64,000 nucleotides of DNA from Microbacteriaceae bacterium (GTDB lineage: Bacteria > Actinomycetota > Actinomycetes > Actinomycetales > Microbacteriaceae): positions 2,857 to 66,856 of the forward strand of contig RDDZ01000129.1 in NCBI GenBank assembly GCA_003852775.1. The letters are read 5' to 3'. The notes beneath the pieces were generated by a model, which did no database searches, had not been told where the DNA came from, and saw only the letters and a list, made by a program, of their open reading frames with translations. Shown here one piece after another: positions 55,633 to 64,000 of this stretch (the first letter of the stretch is position 1; every line of letters starts with the position of its first letter). The position numbers and the translations under genes are program-made.

Positions 55633-57252
55633 ATGACCTCGCGCGCCGGTACCCCCGCCCAGCCGTCCGACCTCATCGACGTGCACGAGCTCGTCGACGC
55701 GTACTACCGCCGCACGCCGGACATGACCGATCCCGCGCAGCGGGTGGTCTTCGGCACGAGCGGGCACCGCGGCTCGAGCCTCGACGGCGCCTTCACCGAG
55801 ACGCACATCGCGGCGATCACGCAGGCGATCGTCGAGTACCGCACCGCGCAGGGCATCACGGGGCCTCTCTTCATCGGCGCCGACACCCACGGCCTCTCGG
55901 CACCTGCGCAGACGACGGCGCTGGGCGTGCTCGAGGCGAACGGCGTGCACGCGCTCGTCGACGAGTTCGACGACTTCGTGCCGACGCCCGCGCTCAGCCG
56001 CGCCATCATCCGGCACAACGCCGAGCACGCGGGCGGGCCGCAGGCCGACGGCATCGTCATCACGCCGAGCCACAACCCGCCGCGCGACGGGGGCTTCAAG
56101 TACAACCCGCCCCACGGCGGGCCGGCGGACTCGGATGCGACGGGCTGGATCGCGCAGCGGGCGAACGAGATCATCGAGGGCGGCAACCGCGAGGTGCGCT
56201 TCGCGGAGCCCTCCGCCGTCGACACCTACGACTTCCGCGGCGCGTACGTCGACGACCTCGCGAACGTGCTCGACATGGACGCGATCGCGCGGTCCGGCCT
56301 CAAACTCGGCGCCGACCCGCTCGGCGGCGCGAGCGTGGGCTACTGGGCCCTCATCGCCGAGCGCTACGGCCTCGACCTCGAGGTCGTGAACCCCGACGTC
56401 GACCCGACGTGGTCGTTCATGACGCTCGACTGGGACGAGAAGATCCGCATGGATCCGTCGTCGCCGTCGGCGATGGCCTCGGTCGTGGCGCGCGCCGGCG
56501 ACTACGCGATCCTCACGGGCAACGACGCCGACGCCGACCGGCACGGCATCGTGACGCCCGACGGGGGCCTCATGAATCCCAACCACTACCTCGCCGTCGC
56601 GATCCGGTACCTCTTCACCCACCGCCCCGGCTGGCGGCCGGATGCCGCGATCGGCAAGACGCTCGTGTCGAGCTCCATGATCGACCGCGTCGCGGCTTCC
56701 CTCGGCCGGCGCCTGTGGGAGGTGCCCGTGGGCTTCAAGTGGTTCGTGCCGGGCCTCGTCGACGGGTCGGTCGGCTTCGGCGGCGAGGAGAGCGCCGGCG
56801 CGAGCTTCCTCACGCTCGACGGCGAGGCCTGGACGACCGACAAGGACGGCATCCTGCTGGCCCTGCTCGCGGCCGAGATCCGCGCGGTCACGGGGAAGAG
56901 CCCGAGCGAGCTCTACCGCGAGCTCACCGCCGAGTTCGGCGACCCCGCCTACGCACGCGTCGATGCGGCCGCGACCCCCGAGCAGAAGGCGCGCCTCGGC
57001 AGGCTCTCGGGAGACGACATCACCGCGACAGAGCTCGCCGGCGACCCCATCACGGCGAAGCTCTCCCACGCGCCCGGAAACGGAGCAGCGATCGGGGGCG
57101 TGAAGGTGCAGAGCGAGCACGCGTGGTTCGCGGCGAGGCCGTCGGGCACCGAGAACGTGTACAAGATCTACGCCGAGTCGTTCCGAGGACCGGAGCACCT
57201 GGCTCTCGTGCAGGCCGAGGCGAAGCGCATCGTCGACGCCGCCCTCGCCTGA
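55633..57252 (+). CDS. pgm: phosphoglucomutase (alpha-D-glucose-phosphate specific)
   Basis: active-site TPSHNPP; FGGEESAGA. Confidence 0.9.
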   Translation: MTSRAGTPAQPSDLIDVHELVDAYYRRTPDMTDPAQRVVFGTSGHRGSSLDGAFTETHIAAITQAIVEYRTAQGITGPLFIGADTHGLSAPAQTTALGVLEANGVHALVDEFDDFVPTPALSRAIIRHNAEHAGGPQADGIVITPSHNPPRDGGFKYNPPHGGPADSDATGWIAQRANEIIEGGNREVRFAEPSAVDTYDFRGAYVDDLANVLDMDAIARSGLKLGADPLGGASVGYWALIAERYGLDLEVVNPDVDPTWSFMTLDWDEKIRMDPSSPSAMASVVARAGDYAILTGNDADADRHGIVTPDGGLMNPNHYLAVAIRYLFTHRPGWRPDAAIGKTLVSSSMIDRVAASLGRRLWEVPVGFKWFVPGLVDGSVGFGGEESAGASFLTLDGEAWTTDKDGILLALLAAEIRAVTGKSPSELYRELTAEFGDPAYARVDAAATPEQKARLGRLSGDDITATELAGDPITAKLSHAPGNGAAIGGVKVQSEHAWFAARPSGTENVYKIYAESFRGPEHLALVQAEAKRIVDAALA

Positions 57253-57332
57253 GCCGCGGTCGACCCCGCGGGGACGACGCGCGAGCCCGCGTAGACTCGG
57301 GGTCCGTGACGGATGACGCGCCGACGCGCAGG

Positions 57333-58448
57333 ATGCCGCGGCTCGACGCGATCACCGGCCTGCGGTGGTGGGCGGCGTTCGCCGTCTTCGTCTTCCACAT
57401 CCGCAACCTCGTGACGCTTCCGGGGCCGCTGGAGGAGGCGGCCCAGTTCGGCCACCTGGGGGTCGCGTTCTTCTTCGTGCTCTCGGGCTTCGTGCTCACG
57501 TGGTCATGGCGCCCGGAGGTCGACAAGCGGACGTTCTACTGGCGACGGTTCGCGCGCATCTACCCGCTCCACCTCGTCACGCTCCTGCTGGCCGTGCCCG
57601 TCTTCTACAGCTTCGCGCCCGATCCGGCGCAGACCTGGGTCAAGGCCGTCGACGGGGTCGTCCTCCTGCTGTGCGCCCTGCTCCTGCAGGGGTGGTCGCG
57701 CGAGTCGACCGTGCTCTTCGCCGGCAACCCGGCGTCGTGGACCCTGACCGCCGAGGCCTTCTTCTACGCGACGCACCCCTTCATCAGCAGGGTACTGCGC
57801 CGGTTGACCATGATCGGAGCGCTGCTCGCCGCCGTCGCGGTCGTGGTCGTCGCGTTCGGGACGCGGTGGTACATCACCGTGAACCCCACCGGGGTCGTCG
57901 CGGACCTCCCGTGGCCGATCCTGCGGCTCAACGAGTTCGTGCTGGGCATGTGCCTCGCCTGGGCGTTCCGTCGGGGATGGCTCCCCCGCATCCCGCTCGT
58001 CGTGCCGCTCGGCCTTCTCGCGCTCTGGTTCGGCGGGATCCTCGCGTCCGCCCGCGTGGACGGCCTCGCGACGCTGGCCGCCGCGTTGGGGCAGTACACG
58101 AACGAGGTCGTCACCGTCCTCTGCGCGCTCCTGATCGTCACGGTCGCCTCGCTCGAACTGCGCGGGAGGACCCGGGTCATGCGCGCCCGTCCGATCGTCG
58201 CCCTGGGCGAGTGGTCCTACGCGTTCTACCTCGTCCACGCGACCGTGCTCTACGCCGTTCGGGGCTTCCTCGGAACGCAGGGCGGAGGCTGGAACGGTCT
58301 GCTGTGGTTCACCCTCGTGCTCGCGGTGTCGATCGCGCTCTCGTGGGTGCTCCATGTGTACGTCGAGCGACCTCTCGAGAGCCGGATGCGACGCTGGCAG
58401 GACGACCGTCGGGCCGCCCGTCGGCCGGTCGAGCCGGCTGGCCGCTGA
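57333..58448 (+). CDS. acyltransferase family 3 membrane protein
   Basis: LDAITGLRWWAAFAVFVFH, about 10 TMS; an alternative GTG start lies at 57306. Confidence 0.8.
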   Translation: MPRLDAITGLRWWAAFAVFVFHIRNLVTLPGPLEEAAQFGHLGVAFFFVLSGFVLTWSWRPEVDKRTFYWRRFARIYPLHLVTLLLAVPVFYSFAPDPAQTWVKAVDGVVLLLCALLLQGWSRESTVLFAGNPASWTLTAEAFFYATHPFISRVLRRLTMIGALLAAVAVVVVAFGTRWYITVNPTGVVADLPWPILRLNEFVLGMCLAWAFRRGWLPRIPLVVPLGLLALWFGGILASARVDGLATLAAALGQYTNEVVTVLCALLIVTVASLELRGRTRVMRARPIVALGEWSYAFYLVHATVLYAVRGFLGTQGGGWNGLLWFTLVLAVSIALSWVLHVYVERPLESRMRRWQDDRRAARRPVEPAGR

Positions 58449-58506
58449 GCTCTCGCCGACTCGCCCCTCTTGACGCGCAGGCCGCGCTGTGCCTGAATGC
58501 TTACTA

Positions 58507-58530
58507 ATAACGAACAACGACGTTCGTTAT
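58507..58530. promoter_or_regulatory. 24-nt palindrome ATAACGAAC-N6-GTTCGTTAT (contains GAAC-N6-GTTC)
   Basis: read directly in an AT-rich patch 25 nt upstream of the start at 58555. Confidence 0.55.
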
Positions 58531-58554
58531 GTGAGCGAATCGCGGAGGAATCCA

Positions 58555-59964
58555 ATGGGCGAACCCCAGTGGGATGTCGTCATCGTCGGAAGCGGAGCCG
58601 CAGGCCTGTGCGCTGCGATCGAGGCGCACGACGCGGGAGCCCGAGTGCTCGTGCTCGAATCCCAGGGCGAACCGGGAGGCTCATCCCGGATCTCGGGCGG
58701 CATGATGCTCGCGGCGGGTACCGAGCTGCAGCGCCGTCACGGCATCGAGGACAGTGCGGACGCGTTCTACCACGACTACCTCATGCACACGCAGTGGAAG
58801 GTCCTGCCCGGAGCGGCCCGCCGCATCGCCGACGACTCGGCCCCCTCGATCGCTTGGCTCGAGGGCATGGGGGTCGAGTTCTACGACTTCCTCTCCGACG
58901 CCGGCTACGACGGCGTCCCCCGTACGCACTCGGCCGTCGGCCGCGGCGCGGGGGTGATCGAGCCGCTCCTCGAGCGCACCGCGGAGCGCGGGATCGAGAT
59001 CCGCTGCCGCAGCCGCGTCACCTCCCTCCTCACCGAGGGCGAACGGGTGACCGGCGTCGAGACGGCCGACGAGCGCGTGACCGCACGGCAGGTGATCCTC
59101 GCGACCGGCGGCTTCGGCGCGAACTTCGACCTCGTGCGCGAACTCATCCCCGCGACGCAGAAGGCGGGGGACTGGCTCTGGTACATCGGGGCAGACGGCG
59201 CGCAGGGCGACGCCCTCGGGCTCGTGGAGCCGCTCGGCGTCCCGATCGTGGGCCACGGCCGCGGCGTCGTCATGACGACTCCGGGCTTCACGACCGAGGC
59301 GTTCGAGGGCTATCTCCCGGGCTGGATGATGCTCGTCAACAACCGCGGACTCCGCTTCTGCGACGAGTCGCTCCCCTACGGCCTCATGGACGGCCTCGTG
59401 CGGGAGCAGGGTGACGAGGCCTGGGTCGTGTTCGACGACGCGGCGAAGAACGCCGCGCTGCCCGGGGCGCCCGCCGCCTACCGCCTGCAGATCCCCTCGC
59501 TCCCGGGGCGCCCGAGCCCGAACTGGGACCGCGACATCATCGACGCGCAGGTGGCTGCGGGACGGGTCGCACGCGCCGACACCCTCGACGAGCTCGCGCG
59601 GATCACAAGCCTCCCCGCTGACACCCTCCGCGGCACCGTCGCCCGCTACAACGAGCTCGCCCGAGCCGGCGAGGACGCCGACTTCGGCAAGCGCGCGGAG
59701 TTCCTGCGGACCGTCGAGACGGGGCCCTTCTACGCCGCTCGACTCCGTCTCGCGACCGTGTGCCTCACGTGCGTCGGCCCGGCGGTCGACCGCGACGGTC
59801 GCGTGCTCGGCGCGGGCGGCGTCGTCGACGGCCTCCTCGCCGCCGGCGAGTGCACCGGCGGGACGCTCGGCGACCGGTACGTGGGCACCGGGAACTCGTG
59901 GATCAACTGCGTCGTGTTCGGTCGCGCGGCGGGTCGCACGGCCGCGGCGGCAGCCCTCGCCTGA
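58555..59964 (+). CDS. FAD-dependent oxidoreductase (KstD / fumarate-reductase flavoprotein-like), second copy
   Basis: DVVIVGSGAAGLCAA; ATG behind GGAGGAA. Confidence 0.8.
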   Translation: MGEPQWDVVIVGSGAAGLCAAIEAHDAGARVLVLESQGEPGGSSRISGGMMLAAGTELQRRHGIEDSADAFYHDYLMHTQWKVLPGAARRIADDSAPSIAWLEGMGVEFYDFLSDAGYDGVPRTHSAVGRGAGVIEPLLERTAERGIEIRCRSRVTSLLTEGERVTGVETADERVTARQVILATGGFGANFDLVRELIPATQKAGDWLWYIGADGAQGDALGLVEPLGVPIVGHGRGVVMTTPGFTTEAFEGYLPGWMMLVNNRGLRFCDESLPYGLMDGLVREQGDEAWVVFDDAAKNAALPGAPAAYRLQIPSLPGRPSPNWDRDIIDAQVAAGRVARADTLDELARITSLPADTLRGTVARYNELARAGEDADFGKRAEFLRTVETGPFYAARLRLATVCLTCVGPAVDRDGRVLGAGGVVDGLLAAGECTGGTLGDRYVGTGNSWINCVVFGRAAGRTAAAAALA

Positions 59965-60197
59965 GCCGTCGGCTCCGACACTCGAGGGACGCCCTGGCCG
60001 GCGTCTTGACCGGGCTGTCACGCCTCTGGCGTGGATGGACAGCCCGGTCTGCGCACCCCGGCGTGGGAGCGCTCTCTTGGCGCTCGAACTCCGAGCCAAG
60101 GTGCCTATGACCTGGGGTTTTCCGCGCACTCCGATCGACCGGCGAAATTCCTGTTGACACCGCTCGGAACGCGCCCGTATCGTTGCGTCCGATTTCG

Positions 60198-60236
60198 TGA
60201 GAGCGCTCCCACGCCTTCGCTGTGGGAGCGCTCCCA
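60198..60236. promoter_or_regulatory. two CebR-type LacI-family operator boxes (TGAGAGCGCTCCCA 60198-60211; perfect TGGGAGCGCTCCCA 60223-60236); a weaker third sits at 60064-60077
   Basis: read directly; the 14-bp palindrome equals the published Streptomyces CebR box. Confidence 0.75.
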
Positions 60237-60274
60237 CAGAAGTCGACCCCATCCACGCACACAAAGGAGTGACC

Positions 60275-61591
60275 GTGAACTTCTCACGACGCACCGCCAC
60301 TGTCGCTGCGATCGCCGGTACCGCCTCCCTCGCCCTCGTCCTGTCCGGGTGCGCCACGGACGGCGGCGACGGCGGCAGCGGCGACGAGCAGATCGAGCTG
60401 ACGATCACCACGTTCGGCACCATGGGCCTCGACGGGCTCTACGCGCAGTACGAGGCCGAGCACCCCAACATCAAGATCAAGGCCACGAACATCGACACCG
60501 GTGGCAACGCGCTCACCGACTGGAAGACGAAGCAGGCCTCGGGCGGCCTCCCCGACATCCAGGCCGTCGAGGAGGGCTGGCTCGGCTCGGTCATGGAGGT
60601 GTCCGACACCTTCGTCGACCTGCGCGAGTACGGCGCCGACGACATCAAGGACCGCTGGCTCGACTGGAAGGTCGGTCAAGCGACCGACCCCGACGGCCGC
60701 ATCATCGGCTACGGCACGGACATCGGACCGCAGGGCCTCTGCTACAACGGCAAGCTCTTCGAGGCCGCCGGCCTGCCGAGCGACCGCGAGGCCGTCGCGG
60801 AGCTCTTCGGTGGCGACAACGCCACGTGGGACAAGTTCTTCGAGGTCGGCAAGGAGTACGTCTCCCAGACCGGCAAGGCGTTCTACGACCAGTCCGGCTT
60901 CATCTGGAACTCCTTCGTGAACCAGCAGGAGGAGGGCTACTACACCAAGGACGGCGAGCTGAACGTCGAGGGCAACAAGACCCTCGAGAGCTTCTGGCTC
61001 AAGCTGGCCGACGCCCAGGCCGCGGGTCTCTCCGCCAACCAGGCCCAGTGGGACTGGGGCGGCGGTAAGGCGTTCGTCGACGGCACCTTCGCCGTCTTCG
61101 TCTGCCCGGGCTGGATGCTCGGCGTCGTCAAGGGCAACACCGAGGCCGGCGGCGGCGACGCCAGCACCGGCTGGGACTTCGCCGACGTCTTCCCCGGCGG
61201 CGCGTCCAACTGGGGTGGCTCGTTCCTGACGGTCCCCACCACGTCGAAGCACCCGAAGGAGGCCGCCGAGCTCGCCGAGTGGCTGACCGCCGCCCAGCAG
61301 CAGGTCGCCGCCTTCCAGGCCGCCGGCACGTTCCCGAGCGTCGTCGAGGCGCAGAGCGACCCCGGCGTGACGGGCGCGAACGAGCTGTCGGAGTTCTTCA
61401 ACAACGCCCCGGTCGGCGAGATCCTCGCCTCGCGCGCCGAGGGTGTCGTGGCCCAGTTCAAGGGCCCGGATGACGCGCTCATCCAGGAGCAGGTCGTCGG
61501 ACCGGCCCGCACCGCGCTCGACGCGGGCGACGCCGACGGACCGACCTCGTGGAAGACGCTCATCGAGACGCTCCACCAGCTGGTCGGCTGA
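60275..61591 (+). CDS. sugar ABC transporter substrate-binding lipoprotein (CebE-like)
   Basis: GTG behind AAAGGAG; lipobox LSGCATDGG. Confidence 0.85.
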   Translation: MNFSRRTATVAAIAGTASLALVLSGCATDGGDGGSGDEQIELTITTFGTMGLDGLYAQYEAEHPNIKIKATNIDTGGNALTDWKTKQASGGLPDIQAVEEGWLGSVMEVSDTFVDLREYGADDIKDRWLDWKVGQATDPDGRIIGYGTDIGPQGLCYNGKLFEAAGLPSDREAVAELFGGDNATWDKFFEVGKEYVSQTGKAFYDQSGFIWNSFVNQQEEGYYTKDGELNVEGNKTLESFWLKLADAQAAGLSANQAQWDWGGGKAFVDGTFAVFVCPGWMLGVVKGNTEAGGGDASTGWDFADVFPGGASNWGGSFLTVPTTSKHPKEAAELAEWLTAAQQQVAAFQAAGTFPSVVEAQSDPGVTGANELSEFFNNAPVGEILASRAEGVVAQFKGPDDALIQEQVVGPARTALDAGDADGPTSWKTLIETLHQLVG

Positions 61592-61673
61592 CCCGAAGCA
61601 CCACCCACGCGAGGCCCCTCGGAGCGGCACGCCCCCCCCGGGGGGCCTCGCACCCGGACACGAAGAGACACCG

Positions 61674-62723
61674 ATGACCACGACCTCCCCCGCACCCGCC
61701 GCGGGCACGAGCGCGCTCACCTTCCGGCAGCGCCTCAGCCGCGCCGACGTCAAGTACTCGCCCTACGTCTACGTGGCGCCGTTCTTCATCCTCTTCGGCC
61801 TCGTCGGGCTCTTCCCCCTCCTCTACACGTTCGTCGTCTCGCTCAACGACTGGGACCTGCTCCGCGGGCCCGGCGAGTGGGTCGGCTTCGACAACTACGT
61901 CATCGAGCTCCAGGACCCGTGGTTCTGGAACTCGCTCTTCAACACCTTCAGCATCTTCCTGATCTCGTCGATCCCCCAGCTCGCCGCCGCGACCTTCATC
62001 GCGGCCGTGCTCGACCAGAACCTCCGCGGCAAGACCTTCTGGCGCCTGAGCGTCCTGCTCCCCTACGTCGTGACGCCCGCCGCCGTCGCCCTCATCTTCA
62101 GCCAGATCTTCTCCGAGCAGTACGGCCTCGTGAACAACCTGCTCACAGCCTGGGGTCTCGACCCGGTCATGTGGAAGCACGACACCTGGGCCGGCCACGT
62201 CGCGATCGCGACGATGGTCAACTGGCGCTGGACCGGCTACAACGCGCTCATCCTGCTCGCCGCCATGCAGGCCGTCCCCACCGAGCTCTACGAGTCGGCG
62301 TCGCTCGACGGCGCGGGACGCGTGCGCCGCTTCTTCTCGATCACGCTGCCCAGCATCCGGCCGACCTTCGTGTTCGTGCTCATCACCGCCACGATCGGCG
62401 GCCTGCAGATCTTCACCGAGCCGAAGCTCTTCGACGCCACGCGCGCGACCCCCGGCGGTGCGTACCACCAGTTCGAGACGACGACCCTCTACATCTGGAA
62501 CATGGCGTTCAACCAGGACCGCTTCGGCCGGGCCGCGGCGATCGCCTTCATCCTCCTGGTGATCATCGTGCTCATCGGCCTCATCAACTACTTCCTCTCC
62601 AAGAGCATCGCGACGAACGAGACGAAGATCTCGCGCCGCCGCACCGCGAGACGCCTCGACCGGTACCGCCAGGCCGAGCGCGCCGCCGTCCCCGCCTCCA
62701 TCGAGATCCGTCAGGAGCGCTGA
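61674..62723 (+). CDS. sugar ABC permease (CebF-like, MalF type)
   Basis: 6 TMS and an EAA-like loop (ESASLDGAG). Confidence 0.85.
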   Translation: MTTTSPAPAAGTSALTFRQRLSRADVKYSPYVYVAPFFILFGLVGLFPLLYTFVVSLNDWDLLRGPGEWVGFDNYVIELQDPWFWNSLFNTFSIFLISSIPQLAAATFIAAVLDQNLRGKTFWRLSVLLPYVVTPAAVALIFSQIFSEQYGLVNNLLTAWGLDPVMWKHDTWAGHVAIATMVNWRWTGYNALILLAAMQAVPTELYESASLDGAGRVRRFFSITLPSIRPTFVFVLITATIGGLQIFTEPKLFDATRATPGGAYHQFETTTLYIWNMAFNQDRFGRAAAIAFILLVIIVLIGLINYFLSKSIATNETKISRRRTARRLDRYRQAERAAVPASIEIRQER

Positions 62724-62726
62724 CCC

Positions 62727-63608
62727 ATGAGCACCGCAACCGCCTCCCCCCGCGCGATCGTCGCCGAGAAGCGCCGGGCGCCGCGCCCCATCCGAGGACG
62801 CAGGCCCGGCTTCCTGACCTACGGACTGCTGACGGCGTGGTTCGTCGGCAGCGCCTACCCGCTCTGGTGGTCGTTCGTCGCCGGCTCGAGCGACACGAGC
62901 GTCCTCACCGTGCCGTACCCGCCGCTCCTCCCGGGCGGCCGGTTCTGGGAGAACGCGCGCGAGGTCTTCACCACGATCGACTTCTGGGGCGCGCTGCTCA
63001 ACAGCGTCATCGTCGCGAGCACGATCACGATCTCCGTGCTGTTCTTCTCGACGCTCGCGGGCTACGCCTTCGCGAAGCTGCGCTTCCGCGGCCGCAACGG
63101 CCTCATGCTGTTCGTCATCCTGACGCTCGCGATCCCCACCCAGCTCGGCATCATCCCGCTCTTCATCCTCATGAAGCAGTTCGGCTGGACGGGGAGCCTC
63201 GGCGCGATCATCGTCCCGACGCTCGTCACCGCCTTCGGCGTGTTCTTCATGCGGCAGTACCTCGTCGACGTCATCCCCGACGAGCTCATCGAGGCCGCCC
63301 GCATGGACGGCGCGACCCAGTTCCGCACCTTCTGGCACGTGGGCGTGCCCGCCGCGCGACCCGCAATGGCGATCCTCGGGCTCTTCACCTTCATGACCGC
63401 GTGGACCGACTACCTCTGGCCTCTCATCGTGGCCGGCTCCAACCCGACCCTGCAGGTCGCGCTCAGCCAGCTGCAATCGGCCAAGTACGTCAACTACACG
63501 ATCGTGCTGTGCGGTGCCGTGCTCGCCACCATCCCGCTGCTCATCCTCTTCTTCTTCGCCGGGCGCCTCCTCGTGTCGGGCATCATGGCCGGGGCGGTGA
63601 AGGGCTGA
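62727..63608 (+). CDS. sugar ABC permease (CebG-like, MalG type)
   Basis: EAARMDGAT loop. Confidence 0.85.
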   Translation: MSTATASPRAIVAEKRRAPRPIRGRRPGFLTYGLLTAWFVGSAYPLWWSFVAGSSDTSVLTVPYPPLLPGGRFWENAREVFTTIDFWGALLNSVIVASTITISVLFFSTLAGYAFAKLRFRGRNGLMLFVILTLAIPTQLGIIPLFILMKQFGWTGSLGAIIVPTLVTAFGVFFMRQYLVDVIPDELIEAARMDGATQFRTFWHVGVPAARPAMAILGLFTFMTAWTDYLWPLIVAGSNPTLQVALSQLQSAKYVNYTIVLCGAVLATIPLLILFFFAGRLLVSGIMAGAVKG

Positions 63609-64000
63609 TGGCGCTGGAGCTCCCCGGCGGGTTCCAGTGGCCCACCGGGTTCATCTGGGGCGCCGCGACCGCCGCCGCCCAGGTCGAGGGCGCCGCCCAC
63701 GAGGACGGCAAGCTCGACTCGATCTGGGACCACTTCGCCCGCATCCCCGGCAACGTCGCGCACGGCGACACCCCGGAGGTTGCCGTCGACCACTACCACC
63801 GGATGCCGCAGGACGTGCAGCTCATGACGCGCCTCGGCCTCGACAGCTACCGCTTCTCGGTGAGCTGGGCGCGCGTGAAGCCCGCGGACGGCCCCGTCAA
63901 CCCGAAGGGCCTGGACTTCTACAGCCGCCTCGTCGACGAGCTGCTCGAGAACGGCATCCTGCCGTGGCTCACGCTCTACCACTGGGACCTCCCCCAGGCG
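63608..64000 (+). CDS. GH1 beta-glucosidase, 5' part only (runs off the window)
   Basis: [15 protein letters not shown] and [10 protein letters not shown]; TGATG coupling to the permease gene. Confidence 0.85.
   Translation, partial: MALELPGGFQWPTGFIWGAATAAAQVEGAAHEDGKLDSIWDHFARIPGNVAHGDTPEVAVDHYHRMPQDVQLMTRLGLDSYRFSVSWARVKPADGPVNPKGLDFYSRLVDELLENGILPWLTLYHWDLPQA

Noticed and set aside
1-64000. CRISPR arrays, rRNA genes, intact insertion sequences, integrases or prophage structural genes.
   Set aside because: No regularly spaced direct repeats, no rRNA-like conserved stretches, and no integrase or recombinase or complete transposase ORFs were recognised while reading both strands.

Overview
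High-GC actinobacterial chromosome segment. Hand-counted 60-nt lines give about 75% GC in the flanks. Gene content looks Micrococcales/Microbacteriaceae-like, which is inference only. All family calls come from reading the translated ORFs and recognising motifs by eye; no searches were run.

Layout, left to right:
- IclR regulator, IS5-type transposase relic, MarR plus 14-TMS MFS efflux pair with a palindromic operator array, and a GntR regulator.
- A roughly 5-kb tract (4.3-9.6 kb) of six consecutive broken genes.
- A roughly 14-kb lower-GC island (9.64-23.7 kb; sampled lines 52-63% GC).
- A VirB4-like conjugation ATPase relic.
- A CstR-type persulfide cluster: CoA-persulfide-reductase-like CoADR-rhodanese, thioredoxin, rhodanese, DUF2892, MFS, and two tiny Cys-rich paralogs.
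- A copper cluster (CopC, PCuAC, DyP).
- An HTH relic next to tRNA-Ser(GCU), then a tandem LCP/tRNA-Ser duplication.
- HAD-serS, a DAG-kinase-like gene, and pheA.
- An mhp-type meta-cleavage cluster with a Liv-type ABC importer.
- Two KstD-like flavoproteins, pgm and an acyltransferase.
- A CebR-box-controlled cebEFG-bglC-like operon that runs off the window end.

The island is the most interesting part. It encodes an ECF sigma/anti-sigma pair plus a truncated sigma paralog, five Sec-signal small Cys-containing proteins, three lipoproteins and two ABC modules. Six copies of an orientation-locked motif, TGTAAGGAWWS-N10-CAAAC, tie it together; I read these as the island sigma's own promoter set.

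No rRNA and no CRISPR array were seen. Most long ORFs antisense to the genes listed are high-GC shadow ORFs. ATGA/GTGA start-stop overlaps are pervasive and were used to choose start codons.
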